Assembly: GCF_009914755.1 (NCBI RefSeq)
Contig: NC_060935.1
DNA from: the human T2T-CHM13v2.0 reference genome, Homo sapiens
Reading direction: 5' to 3' (one strand)
Length of the DNA: 64,000 bases
This document shows, one piece after another, positions 27,342-41,902 of this stretch. Position 1 is the first letter of the stretch. The number at the start of each line of letters is the position of its first letter. The notes beneath the pieces are model-generated. The model made no database searches. It was not told where the DNA came from and worked only from the letters and a program-made list of their open reading frames with translations. The position numbers and the translations under genes are program-made.

Positions 27342-29944
27342 TCAATGAACAGATCAGAGAGCACCCAAGATTTATGCAGAGAAGACTCTGGAAGAAGGTG
27401 AGTCGGGCAGAGGAGGCATATGCACACCAAGTCGCATTCCTGCCTTCCAAGAGTCGCCGTCTCTTTGGGGTCACCTGTTGTGACTCCTACTCTCCCACTT
27501 AAACAAATGTTTCTTATATAAAGGAAAAGAGGCTGCCCCCTCAGTCTCTGTGGGGAACTGGCAAGGCACCCACACCTGCATCGTAGGCAGGAGGGAAGGT
27601 CTATTTTTGCTAGGACCCAGTGCTGATCTGACATGCTAACAGCCCCTACTGGGCCCAAGTCAGTTTCCATGGCGTCTGGAGCCTCCACCCTCACCCCTGA
27701 CCATAAGTTCCTTGAAGACACAGGATGAGTATATATGGCACAGGGCCAGGGTCAGAGCAGTGCTCTGCAAAGGAACCACTTGATTTGGGTCAGTGAAAAA
27801 CTACATTCCTAGGCTGTTCTCAAGGCTGACACGTGAGCCCAGATGATCAGGCTCCAAAAGGCAAAACAGCAGCAACCCACAGACACATATGTGCGTCCTA
27901 ATCACCAACTCCTCCAACTTTGACGTGGTGGTGAGGCATTGAGGTGTCACGATGTATTTTTCAAGGGAATGTGTCTTTAATTAAAAACAGCCCTGGTACC
28001 ACAGGCTAGAGGTGAAACCAGCATTTCCTTCCAAATGCTACCAACAGATGCCACTCCCTGCTGAGGCGTGGGAGGCTGGTGGCTGGTGGCCTTCTGCCCA
28101 CCTGCTTCTAGCTACTGGCTCATGGGGGCAGCCAGGATGCTCTTCTCCCCAGCTCCCTGCTCAGGGTCAGCAGCTCAAATCCTGGGAAGGAAACTCAGTC
28201 AGTGTCTGGGTTCCTAGTGCGTGAACTCCCTAAAGGCAGTCTGTATCCCTGTCCTCCCACAGGGCAGGCCCAGCAGGTCCCAGAATCAAAGCCGCCTCTG
28301 CTCTCTGCACAGTCTGGTCTGGCTAAAGGGCAAGGCCTGGAGAGAGTTTGGGACTCCACCCGGCCACAGTCCTGGGACTCGTCAGATCTCTATCTTCACC
28401 ACAAGCCAGACTTCCTGTGCTCAGCCAGGTCCTCTAGGGGACCCCGGTTCCCCAAAGTGAAGCCCCATGATACATCTGTACCCAGATAACTCCCCGTATC
28501 CTCTCTGCCCACCCCCACCCCAGCTCCATGCTCTCCCCAGTCACTAGAGGCAGCTCCATGCAGGAATCTCTGATCTCAGCCCTTTCTAAAGACAGTCATT
28601 GTGCCCTGCATTTTATTCAATGTTGTCCTTGGTTCTAGCTTTGTCCCCAAATTACTATGTGAGTTGGAACGGGGAACTAATAAGGGGACTGGACCAAGTC
28701 CTGAGTCCCCTCTGCTATGTGAGTCTCAGGTCTTCTTTCCTCTGTGGGCTGACTTCTGTCTGTCTTGTCTGAGGTCACCTCTATCCCTGCTATCTATGTA
28801 AACAAAGATTAATACACAGTGACAGGTCCATAGCTAAACCTTAAACTCCATTGGAGCAACTAGAAGTTAACTCAAAGCTCCCTGCACTACCAGGGTTACG
28901 CCCTGCAGCACTATCAGCCAAGACAACAGCATGGGCTGGGCACCCTCCGCCTCTCCCCACCCTTCTTTGTCTCTCTGGACGGGGCTCCCTGGCCCTCCCA
29001 CAGGGGAGGATCAGAGACAGTGGGAAACTCAGAGAGAGGGTGTTTAATCTCCCAGCCTCTCCCTGTCAAGGACTCCCTGTGCTGGCTCCTGTTTCCCTGT
29101 GTCCTCTCTCCCTTCAGGCCTGGAGTAGGAGGGATTCCTGCTGTTTCTAGCCCCAGGGTCTTGTGCTGTCCCTCCTGGCAGCTTCCTTGCATCCTGCTCA
29201 CACCTCTACACTCATCTCTTGATGAAACTGCTCAAATTACCCACTTTGAGAGTGCCACCTGCTCCTTGCCAGCACCCTGCCATCAGATCCTGCGGTCGGG
29301 GGATTGAAGATTGTGTGGAATATTGGGGGGAAGGGAAGTGAGTTCAGAAGCAAACCTAGGAAAAGCCCTAACACATTTTTATGTTCATTATACTCAAATA
29401 ATAAAGACGGCAAATGAATTAAAGGGCACATCGGTGGTATTTTTACATGTCTTAAATGAGCAATCAGGGGCACTGTATAATTAATTTCCATTTACCATCC
29501 TTTGCTTGCTAAAACTTTCTCAAGATTTCTCACCCCTGCAGTTTTCAATGACACACCTGAAAGTCTGCTTTGCTTTGCTGCAGATAATATGCACACTAAG
29601 AGGCATTTTCCCCTGGGTCTGGAATTTTAGTTGAACGATGGCTGTCTAATTTTATGGCTCAGAACTGGTGGCTCCTGTCTCCTGTCTTACTGCGTCTCCA
29701 GAAATGCAGCAGCCCTTGGTGCTTCAAGTGAAAAGGCCTGGGTGACCCTTACTTAACCCAAGCTGTTAGCTGTCACTGAGACAACATCTCTCAAGCCCTC
29801 CCCAGTATACATAGGGAACTATACACTGGCACCCTCCAAGACAGCCTCCTGCTAGGACATGTTAGAGACAGTGGGGTCCTGGCTTGACTCTGTCAATGCC
29901 TCCTGGGTGCCACAGCCCTTGGCAGGTTCATAGAACTTAGTGGA

Positions 29945-30323
<379 letters not shown>

Positions 30324-30427
30324 TCATGAAAGACATGTTCTCCTGCTTCTTTTAGGCTCCCACAGAATCTAGTACAGCTCTGGGCTCCACGGGAGCTCAA
30401 TGCATCCTGATTGAGATGCTGATACAT

Positions 30428-30508
30428 AGGGTGACCCATCTTCTTGGTCTGCTCAGAACAGTGCCTGTTTTGGCACTGAAAGGCCAACTGGGGCAGACGG
30501 CCATCCTT
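30428..30508. mobile_element. MER81-like hAT-Blackjack MITE (internally deleted)
   Basis: agggtgaccc...ttttggcactgaaagg...ggccatcct, with degenerate TIRs. Confidence 0.55.
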
Positions 30509-31622
30509 CTACAGCAAATCTCTCACCTGCTCAGCCTGGAACTGCTCACATTATCTTGGCATGGGACAATATTAGAGATGCTCTCTCAAGGTGGAGCATG
30601 AGATGGAGATTCCTGATTCTTAAATAAACACTTTGCCGAGGAAGGGCCCTTGAGGAATCCTGGCCAGCAAGTGAGGGAAGCAAGTCAGGGCAGGGGAAGA
30701 GGCTGAGCAAACAGCTGCACCATTCAAGTCTAGCCTCGCTCTGACCCCACAGGGAGCCCTGGGGCATAAAGCGCATCTCAGAGTTGTCCCATCCGAGGCA
30801 AGGCTGGAATTTTTAGACACCCATATCGGTCAGCCACTGGTTCTGGGCCATATTGGGGAATGGGACCTCATATCCCGGGCATTTTGGGGTGAGGCATCCC
30901 TGGAAACAGAAATTTCAAAAAAGGTAGGGCTTGGAGCTTCTGGCCACCAACACTCATAGCACCTGGGGATAGGTGAACTGGCCAGCAAAACGGATCTGGA
31001 TGGGACACCAAGAGCATCCACTATAGTAACGTGGCTCCAGCTGGTATGTGGGGTGCCAAGGGAGTGCCTTCAACACCGTTGCCAACCATGCTTCCATCCC
31101 ACTTCCCCAAAGTGTACCTAGGCCTTATACGTGTGGCTCCACTGCAATTTAAGGTTTGCATTCTCTGGTCTGACCTGAAACCCTTGTTAGCTAGGGCCCT
31201 ACTAGACCCCTACTAGAATTTGCCAAAGTGTTTCCCAGAGATGGAACCTTACCCTTGGTCCCCCAGACCTGGTTTGGACTATGCTTCAAAACTGCTGAAG
31301 CTTTGGATCCCCGATCCCTACCCCAGCCTGACTGAGTCTTATATAACCCAAGCCACCGCTTCACACAGGTGCTCTGTCCATCATCAGATGGCCCTACTCT
31401 GCACAGTCACAAAACTAAATGGAGCCCCAGGTTCTAAGCACTGTGGACAGGAGGTGCTCAAACCACAGTCTTGCTTAACAAGGTCTAACCCTGGTCTCTG
31501 CATGACCTGCAGAGGTTCCAGCATGCCTTGCAGTTGGCCTGTGTAGATTTGGACACAGTCAATATCCCAAGGCTTTTAGAAATGCAGTTTTTAAAAGTGT
31601 CAAAACATATGTGCATGGACCT

Positions 31623-32105
31623 TGTAGCAGATGCTGTTGATGCCCAACTGATATCCTTGGAGCCTCCTTTCTTCAAAGTGCTCCCTGCTAACCATCCTCC
31701 TTACTCCTATCTCACCACATTTAATTATCAGAACTTTTGTCCATGGGCTTCATTCAAATGCACAGAAGGCTGCTCTGCCCCAGCATGTGGAAGGCTGAAG
31801 TGCTAGAAATTAACACCTCCAGAAAGCAACTCTCAACCAATGATGGAAGGGAGCTAGTGGATAAATACCCCAGCTCCCTCCTCTCTCAAGGGGGATCATT
31901 CTAAGGCATGAATTTTACACCTATTTCCCAGAGTATCCCAAAAGGATTAAGATCTTCCCACAGTGGTGCCTGGCAGCTCTTATTGGTGGTCTCCCTTCCT
32001 TGTCTTATCTCCCTACCCCACTGGCATATCTTGAACTTCCTGAATAAACTGCATGCAGTTGAATCTGTGTCTCAGAGTCTGCTTCTGGGGGAACAGCCTC
32101 TCCAA
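31623..32105 (+). mobile_element. MLT1J/MLT1J2-like solo LTR
   Basis: Starts tgtagcagatgctgttgatgccc; contains ctcaaccaatga...ggataaataccccagctccctc; ends aataaactgcatgc...tgtctcagagtctgcttctggggga. Confidence 0.75.
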
Positions 32106-32799
32106 GGAGAAGCTAGAGAAGCTGGGACAAGCCCTGCACCGTGTAGCTCAGGCCCTGTTTAGCTGGCTGCTGTGCATGCCTGAGGACCCCGGTGGGAAGC
32201 TCTTCTGCACTGAGTGGCCCTGGAGGGGAAGCAATAGTCTGGCCAAACATCCCTCTGGAGGTGCAGATGCCCCATTAGGACTCAGAGGCACTCTCTACTT
32301 TCTCTGGAGGCCATTTGATCTGGGGAGGTGATTTTAATCAGGGATTTGATCATCCTACGGACGATTCCTTATTCACGTTCATTCTTCTCCAGCTCCCTCA
32401 GGCCCCTTAACAACATTAGACTGCAATTTCAGGTTTATATAATTTGGTGCTTAATGCACCGTACCACTAGCCCAGAACAATTGAAGTAACTCACTGAGGT
32501 GTCAGCTTATATCAGAGCCACTCCTTCCCAGAAGCCTCCACTCTGGGTCTGTGGCTGCACCCGGGGCCCCAGCATGGAGCAGAGGGAGTCTGGGAAGTTG
32601 ACTACTCCAGGGGTCCAGGCCCTGGTTCTTTGAAGCCTTGCTGTGTTATAACTAGGGTATTTCACCATTCTTCAAGAGGATGACTGTGGAGCTAGCTGTG
32701 CAGCCAAGCCAGGCTCAGCCTGTCCTGACCTCTTCCGAGAGCCTGGGTATCCGCTCTGTTCAGCAGTGCCCATCTATCCAAATGCCCCCTAAAGATCGT

Positions 32800-33682
32800 C
32801 CCTCAGCTGTTTCACAGGCAGGTCACATTTGGCACATTCAGGACTTCACTCTGGATCTTACTCACCAAACCTGTTCTTCCTCTAATTCTGTCTGGCCCAT
32901 CTTGCAAACTGCACTGTCCTTCACCCCGTCACTCAAGCTAGAAACCTGAGCTGCATCTTCCATTCCTTCCTTTCCTTCATCCCCTACATTCATCAGCAAG
33001 TCCAAATAGATCTCGGATGTACCCACTTTTCTCTCCCTACAGCCATTACAGCCTAGACAATTATCATGTCTTGCCTGAAGCATCGCAACAGCCTCCCAGA
33101 TGATTTTCCTGTGGCTACTCTTACCCATTCCCAAATTATTCATTACACAGTAGCCAGAGAGAGCTTCAAAAATGCCCATTTGCATACTTTTGTTTGTTGA
33201 AAGCTCATCAGCATTGTGTATTGCACTGAAAGTAATATTCTAAAAAGTCCCACATGACAAGGCCACTGCCTAATTCTTCAATACCATCTCAAGCCATCCT
33301 CCCGCTTCCTTACCACCCTCCAGCCACACTGGACTTCTTGTGGCTCTGAGACCATGTTACCTCCTGCCTCAGGGCCTTTGCATGTGCTGTTCCCTCTGCC
33401 TGGAACACTTTTCCATGCTCTTCACATGGCTCTCTCCTTCCATCCTTTAAAGCTCAGAGGGGCCTTCTCCAATCATCTAACCTGAAGCATGCTCCCCACC
33501 CCACATTAGATTTATTTCATATCATTCTTTTTATGTCTTTTAAGGCATTTATTATGGCCTGTAATAATTTCATTTGTTTCTTGTCTGTCTCCCACACTAT
33601 GCTGGGAGCTCTGTAAGAGCAGGGACTGGGTCAATCTCATATTCCCAGTGTACAGCACACTGGCCTTGCACACGGTTAGTGA
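32800..33682 (+). mobile_element. L2 3' region
   Basis: ctcaccaaacctgttcttcc...cagtagccagagagagctt...cctcagggcctttgcatgtgctgttccctctgcctggaac...cttgtctgtctccc...agagcagggact. Confidence 0.8.
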
Positions 33683-33684
33683 TG

Positions 33685-34286
33685 GATTCATTTTCTATTG
33701 ATGCATAACAAAATACTGTAAACTGAGCAGCTTGAAACAACACAAATTTATTATCTCATAGTTTCTATAGGTCAGAAGTCCAGGTACAATGAGCCTGGAT
33801 TCTCTGCTCAGGGTTTCATTGGGCTGAAATCAAGGTGTTGGCCAGCACTGTAGTTCTCAACTGGGGCTTAGGGTCCTCTTTGAGATTGACTCGTTGTTGG
33901 CACAATTCGTTTCCTCGCAGTTGTAGGACTGAGGTCCCTGCTTTCCTGCTGGCTGTCATCTGGGGAATGCTCTTGGCAACAAGAGGCTGCCCAATCTCCT
34001 TGCCGCATGGACAGTTCACAGCATGGGTCTCTACTCAGGCCACCAGAGTACATCTCTGTGACTTCCCCTTCTGCCATCAGCTAGAGAACACTCTGCTTTC
34101 AGAAGGTTCATGTGATTATGTCAGGCCCAACCAACCGATTGGGGACCTTAATTACGTCAGCCAATTCCCCTCACAGCAGGACTCAGATTAGTATTTGCTT
34201 GAATAACTCGGCGAAGTGAATATACACCACTTCCCAGGAATCAGGGCTGGGAAGGGTGGGGGATGACTTAGAATTCTGCCCACACA
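33685..34286 (-). mobile_element. MLT1E-like LTR
   Basis: cagcttgaaacaacacaaatttattatctcatagtttctataggtcagaagtcc...gcagttgtaggactgaggtccc...ttagaattctgccc. Confidence 0.8.
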
Positions 34287-36659
34287 GTGATCAATAAATA
34301 GTTGCCGAATGAGAAAATAACGTGTCCTTGTAGCCACCTACTTGTATAATAAGTAGGTCCTCCAAGTTCATGTGAGTCTGTCTCTAGGTACAAGGCAGTT
34401 AAAGAAATACATAAGTAAAAACAAAAAGAGTCTAGTGGGAAATATGAGAAAGGAGAGGAGAGCCATATTGAACCTGGAGCTGGGAAATGTGGGCACAAAC
34501 CCTAGCTTGGCCACCATCTTGCAGTGAGAACTTTGGTGACTCAGCTCCTATGGTTCTCAATCCCTTCATCTAAAGTGGGCATAAAAACCCTAAAACATAG
34601 AACAGAAAAGACAGAATCTATCTCCCACCCACACCTATGCGTCTTCCCACCCATGCATCCATGCATCCATCCACCCATCTCATTTGCAAAGCAGGAGGGT
34701 GGGATTTGTTTTTCCTGCCACGTAGAATTCAGGAATTCAGCAAGCAGCAACACTCTCCACTGTTGGACTCACATGTCATAGGAATATGGAGTACACAGGT
34801 CTAGAGGGCAGCAGCTGGGCACCTAAGACTGTGGGAACTCACTCCAGAAAGATTAAACAGCAACCTTGAATGTTCTTTTCGGAGAAAATAAAATCACTTC
34901 AGCCTCATGCTTGAGCAGCCCTGGTCAGGAACACTCAGCAAACAACTTTGTTTTCTTTGATTCTCTGCATTAGTTCTTATTTTTAAGCCAAATGAAATTT
35001 GACAACACAGACAAGCTCGCAGACACAGTCCAGAGGAAGTGGGCCTGTGAATTAGCCAGAGGCCTCGTCCAATGCAGACACATTCCTTTCTTCAATGTCT
35101 AAGCTCCTTAGGGAAATGTGGAGAGTCAGTGCTACCACTGGGTAGCCTGGCATTAAAATCGTCCCTGCATTGCTGGAATTTTCTGTTGTATCACTGAATG
35201 TCATTTGGTGACAAGTTAATTCCTTCCCACTGTCTGATGGAGAACCCGCTCTGCACCTCCTGATCTCATCAGCAGGATCCTTCAGTCAATTTCCTCCCGA
35301 GACCAGGGTCGGGACACCCTGCCAAGGATGCTGGGAACCTGACCTTCACCATTAACCCTGTTGGAGACACTCTTTTTAATTTCCATTTGGCATGGAGCTC
35401 ATGTAAACTCTGAGCCCCTACTTAATTTCTAATTCATTTCTGTCACCCCATCAAATTCATCAGGTGAGGAAAGGTTTAAAGATTTGCTTTTGTAAAGCTC
35501 CAACTCACATTCCTTTCCCTGGATGAGAGAAGCACGGGGCCCAAGATCTATTCCTGAGTTTTGTTCAGCTCTGACGTGCTGTGGTTATTTACTCCCAGAT
35601 GGCAGCCGCCACCACACCAACCACAGCCACCACAGACATACTCCACAACCATCCCCCAGGGTAGCGGGTCACAGGCAGTGCAGGAAGAGGAAGCCACACA
35701 GGGGAAGGGAATTAGGGAAGCTAGGGCAGCGTGGCGAGCCATGGCACCTCAAAATGATAGCAGCCCAAACCCTGAGCCAACCCATGAATAGGACTGAGCC
35801 CTGCCCCATCCCCTCCCCCAGCCCTTGCTCCTGGGCAGAGTCCTGCTGAGATGAGCCCCACCTGACTGACAAGCTGTCCTAAGTGACCCTTCCTCTATGT
35901 GACTCCTCTGCAGCCTGGTGGGCTTTCTCAGGCACGGGCCACATCTATTCCTACTCCTGACTTGGACCAGGGAACCTGATTCAAGTTCCTTCCAATGTCT
36001 CAAGATTCAGGGAAGTGACTCACCCAGGATGGCATCTGAGTCTACAACCCAGGGACAGAATCCACACCACCATTGCAAAACCATGCGCCTTTCTGAAACG
36101 GCTGCTCAGCTCAGAAGGGGCCTCCCTGAATCAGTGGAACTAAACCATATAGCCAACGATGATGCCCTCAAATTGTGCACACAGTGAAGGAAAGTTGCAC
36201 AGAGGAGTGGCTAATTCAGCCTATCTGGAGTGGCTACTTTCTGAGAAGTGAAGAACAAGTAATTATGAGAGAGACGGAGAGAAAGGAGGAAAGAGTGCAA
36301 GAGGGGGTTTTCAACAGGGATGCCTGAGATAAAAAGCACTTCAAGAGAAGCTTCTGCTTCTCAAAGTGGGAGTCAATATGGCAGAAGCTGCAGACAGACA
36401 GACTAGGGCCATATCTGACCTGCCCATGTGTCTTGTTCAGCCCACCAAGCATAAAAGTGTGAATCTCCAACTTGAGAAAACTTGCCAGTCCTGCAGGCCA
36501 GCAATAGGCTGGAGACAGTGCTGGCTGCCCCTCTCAGGAGGGCTTGGGCTCATTCTTTTGTTCACCAGTTTCCACCACTCCTTATTGCCTTGCATCGGCC
36601 CACATCCCATATTCACACTGTCTAGCCTTGTTAGGCAACTGAGTTTAGGACCCCTGAGC

Positions 36660-36870
36660 ATAGAACAAGGTTAAGGACTCAGTCTCTGCAGCTGGATCCA
36701 ACTAGGGCTCAAATGCTGGGTCTGCCATTCCCAGCTGTGTAACCTGCAGCTTCTCTGAGCCTCAGCGTTCTCATCTGTGAAATGAACATGGTATTAATAA
36801 TACTAAGATGTATCTCCTATGAATGTCCTTAGGGAAAAATGAGCTAACACATGAAAGATGCTTAGCTAAA
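36660..36870 (+). mobile_element. MIR
   Basis: ctgccattcccagctgtgtaacc...cttctctgagcctcagcgttctcatctgtgaaatg. Confidence 0.65.
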
Positions 36871-37179
36871 ACAAATAGCTCTTGTCTGTATTCACTTAGG
36901 TTAATATACCAGCCTGAAGGCGGGGTGTATATACCTGCGAGGAAGACATGTATTCTGATGATAGAACTACTAAATGGCTCTGTGCTCAGCCATGCATTGT
37001 TTAAGGAAGAGGAGTGCTGCCTTCCCCTATGACTTTGAAAACTCTTCTATCCCCATGTTTCTGTCTCTGTTTCCCTTCAGTCCTCAGAGTCATTCACTGA
37101 GCCCTCATGGGGCATACAGCATCGGGTGAGGCTTTGTAGGAAAGAGAGAAGAAGGAATCAAAGAAGTTGTCTCTATTTA

Positions 37180-37685
37180 GGATTAAGTTACTGCTGAATC
37201 TCAGTTTCCTCATCTATGAGATGGGGAGAAATACTGAAAAAATTAAAGAAGCCATGTGTAAATATGCCTGGCACAGTGCTTGGAACACAGCAGGTACCTA
37301 ATAAATTATCATGTTGATTCCTTCCCTAATTAAGACGATTCAAAAACAAAGGCAGGTTCTGTCTTTTTCCATCATCATCTCCATTTACCCAAATCCATTC
37401 AATCACCAAGGCCCAGTTCAAATGCCAGCTTTTCCAGGAAGCCCTCCCAGAGTGACTGAGATCTCTCCTCTGGGCTTCTCCAGCACAGTTTCCCTTCACC
37501 TGTGGCTCATGGCACTCAGCACTTTGCTTTGTGTGCTTTGCTTATTTGAGTGTTATCATCTGCACTCGGCTGCCAGCTCGCTGGGGACAGAAACACTTTC
37601 TCATCGGTCTTTGGATTGGTGTGCTGAGCGTGATGGCTGACACTTGAGAATGCACTCTGTGAATGTCTGTTGAATGAATGAGTCC
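37180..37685 (+). mobile_element. MIR followed by an L2 3' end
   Basis: tctcagtttcctcatctatgagatgggg...cctggcacagtgc; ends gaatgtctgttgaatgaatgag. Confidence 0.55.
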
Positions 37686-38167
37686 AGCTAGCAAAGCACT
37701 GGACCAGGGTTGGTCTCTAGGCATTGCCATGAATTAGGTGTGTGATGTTGGGAAACTCACTTAACTTCTCTGGATCGCAGTTTTCTCTCCAGTCAAATGA
37801 GGATGTTGGATTAGTTTTTAGGGCTGCCTGCCCCAAACTGCCCAATGCCCCTTAAGGGAAGCCCATTAGAGTGGGAGGGACCTACACAGTGAACCAGGTC
37901 ACTACCCTAGTTGTAGGTCAGGTGCTCAGTGGAGAACCACCTGAGCCACTGGAGAAGGCCACTGGAAGTCACAGTATGGGGACCGGCGATGGAAAACACA
38001 AAGAGAATCACATATCTCTGCACGCAGGCCATGCCCTCTTTGGTTGGCAACAAATCAAGTCTCTACTCTAGCAGCACAGAAGGGGTCAGAGTCAGCCATG
38101 GGGCCATCCAGAAAAACTAGCCTTCTGTTAGTGGTTGCTGGTAAAAACCCTTCCTGCTCACTAGTCA

Positions 38168-38609
<442 letters not shown>

Positions 38610-40651
38610 TCAATATGATTCTCAGGATTTCTCTCATGGCAGCCACCCCAAGACCAGGCCTAACTAGAACACCCTGCTGCAGGCTGCCTTTGCGTCTCCT
38701 CCCTAAAATTCTACTTATGCCATAAGCTCTTGGGACATGAGCTCCTAAAATCAACCATAACCTGGGCACAGTCTGCATCTGTGCCAAATGAGGGCTGGAA
38801 CGCCTGTCTACTTGCCTGCTATCATTCTCTGACGGCAGGAACAACATCTGGTTCCCTGCTGCCTCCCTCTTGCAGAGCCTTGGGCCTGGTACTCAATTTG
38901 TTAAATGAATGCATGACTGTAAGAGCAGAAGGGGTGCAAGTCCCTGTGGGCTTGAGCAGAGAGGAGAGACAGTTCCTGAAAAAAATTGAATTGGTTTCCC
39001 AATTTAGGTCTCCTGAGAGTCGATTAGGACTCTCATTTTTGAAAGAAGAAAAAAAAAAACAGAACAAACAAACCTCCCTCACCAAAACTGGCTTCCCAGT
39101 CACCACGGGAGAGAGCAGATTTCTGTTGCTATGCAGCACAGGGGAGCCCATACCTGCTGTGGGACCCTCAGACCCAGTCATTTGCACCAGCTTCCCCAAC
39201 TCCTAGTGCTGTCTCTAGCACCACCTCCCGCCCTCACCATCCAACAAGGAGGTGCTCATCTTCCGAAAGATAATTATGCAGGACAGATATGGGCAGCAGC
39301 TGGGGTGGCTACAGCACTTAACTCTCATCCGCATGCTCCACTTTTTGCCGAGCACTGAGACTCTGAAGCTACTGGAGGCCACTTGGGTCACTGCATGGTT
39401 TGGGGCAGCCTTTCAGGAAATCAATTCCACCAGAAGTTATTCCATACTCCAAAGATTTAATGTCAGTAGGAAGCATTTGATTTGTTGAGTTTTTAACTGT
39501 TTTAACTATTCAGGAAAGCAGAAGGAGGACCCTGGCATACAAGGAGTGCCCTGTGTTCAGCTGTAACTATTGTCTGCACCTGATTTTGTCTTTTCAAGCT
39601 GCTGAGAAAGATAGGCTGGGTGCCAAGAATGAACAAGGAGACCTTTCCTGCTGGCTGCACTGTGGCCCTAAGTAATGTTCCCTGGCCCTTTCTAGGGACA
39701 GCTTGATCCCAGTGGCTGGCAACAGGGCCCCTCAGAGGGCAAGAGAAACCCCTCCTGATTTACTCCCAACACTCAGCTCCAGTTTGGGGACTTTCCCTGT
39801 TGACAGATGATCACACAGCTGACCAGGGGAAGAAGGCCTTTTTTTTTTGTATTTGATTCCTGCCAGCTTCATTTATCAAAAACTGGTCACCTTGGCTAGT
39901 CCGTAAAGCAAAATGGTACAGAGCCCTCTTGCTGTAGATTGCTACAGGGAGCTCATGAGCAAAAAGAAGGAAGGTCCTTTGCCCTCCCAGGTGCTGTCCT
40001 TCGTCAGCAGGGTAGCATGCTGGGGAGTTCCTGATTCTCTAAGACAGTTTCCTGTATCGAGTAAAGGGGACAAGAGGAGTGATGAGCTACCCACACCACT
40101 GCCAGGCTCAGGCAGCTTCAGCGGTGCAGCATGTTGGGACCTCAGCAGAGAGGCCGGTGAGAGCAGAGAAGAGGCTGGCAACATGCAGGACTAGAGCTGG
40201 AGAAATGGATTGAGCCCTGGGGCTGGTCCACAAAGAGGCGGGTGACTCAAGAGCTGATATACTTAGGCATCACTAAGGATGCTCATTTCAGGAGGAGCTT
40301 ATCGGTGGGAAGTCCCAGCCCCCATGATGTAGGAAGCCAGGTGGATCGAACCGTGGAAGCAGAGCCCCAGTTTGGTGTACAGGGAACAGAGTCTAGCCCC
40401 TCAAGGAAGAGGATTGACCAGGGCTAGCTGGGAAGCTGGGGCCCAGCTAAGGGGATGAGGCAGGCATCAGAGCAAGATTCCATTCCATCAGAGAACAGCA
40501 AGTTGACAGGAAACAGAGGCAGGCCAAATGCAGGACCAATGCAGAGAAGGTTGGGGAAAGCTGGGGTTGCTGGCCAGCAGGTACAGGGAAGTCATCCCAG
40601 GCTGCTGCACTGCTGTTAAGTCAAGGCCACCCACTGGGAAGAAACAATACT

Positions 40652-40684
40652 TCTCTGCAGAGTCTCTGCAGAGTCTCTGCAGAG
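40652..40684. repeat. Three perfect tandem copies of the 11-mer TCTCTGCAGAG
   Basis: Units at 40652, 40663 and 40674. Confidence 0.95.
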
Positions 40685-40939
40685 GTCAGGACTGGCCACG
40701 CTGCTAGCACACAGCATCTTGATGTACTTGGCCAAAAGGTGCCTTCTCTGGACTATGCAGTTAGAAAAGGCACTTTGGAGACAGACTCACACCAGGATGC
40801 ATAATTTAGCAAATAGACAGCACAGACTTTATTTTAGCCCCTACGTGCCCCTGGCCTGGGTGCCCTGGCATAGAATCATGCATGGCAGCTGAGAGGTAGG
40901 TTCAGAAATGGACACAGTTGAATCAGTTGAATCTGTCAG

Positions 40940-40983
40940 ATATCTATATCATCTATATCATCTATATCTATATCTATATCTAT
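40940..40983. repeat. (TATATC)/(TATC)-type simple repeat
   Basis: atatctatatcatctatatcatctatatctatatctatatctat. Confidence 0.85.
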
Positions 40984-41902
40984 GAGAGAAACTTTACTTC
41001 CATAGAAAGTGGCCAAAGCAGGGCCCAGGCCTGGGGTCAGGGCTTGAATCAACAGGGAGAGATGGGCATTCAATACTCAGAGTAGCCAGAAACTCAAGAG
41101 TCATATAAGTCATTACAGTAAGAGCTTGGGAAAGTGCTGCTGGACACCACCAGAGGAGATGTAGCAGTGGCCATGCCCAAGAGGAACTCTCAGGCCTGGT
41201 ATAGGATGTGGCAGGCAGAGGCAACCTCAGGCAGCAAGGAGCAACAATAGGAGAACCCAGGACTCAGGTGGTACTGGGTGGTGTGCACCCCAAGGTTGCC
41301 AGGTATTTGCTGCCAGTCTTGAGGGTGAGCCAGCCTAGTTGCACTGGTCAAAGCCATAGAGGCAGGCAGTGGCAAAGAGCCTTTGGCTGAACGGGCTGAC
41401 AGCCCATGTGCTTGGCTGTGTAAACACCTTTAAGCTGCCTGAGTCTTGGTTGTAATTTGATTAGCTACATGGGATTCTTTAAGCTCCATAAAGCACAATA
41501 CTGTTGGACCATTCTTTTCCTCTGTTTTTTTTGTTGTTTTTTTTTTTTTAACTTTTGCAATTATTCCAGCTGCATGCAAAGCTGTTGGTAGTTTTACAGC
41601 CTGGAATGAGTATCTCTTGTGTAGGACAGAATCTTTGAAACATTAAACAATGATTAGGCAGACTCTGGGCCAAGGGATAATGGGGGTTCTGCAGGGGGTG
41701 GGGAAGGACCCAGCAGCTGGTGGCAAGCAATCTGGGGAGCTCTGTTTCTATTTCATCACTACATTGACTTTCTTACCAACAATTAAAAATAACAATGATT
41801 CACAGTTGTGCAATTATTTGTCATTCATCAGGATTTTGAAGGTGGCTCCAGGTAGCAGTGGGTGGTGAAAGAGGCTCAACCCATTGTTAGTGGGGACTGA
41901 AA

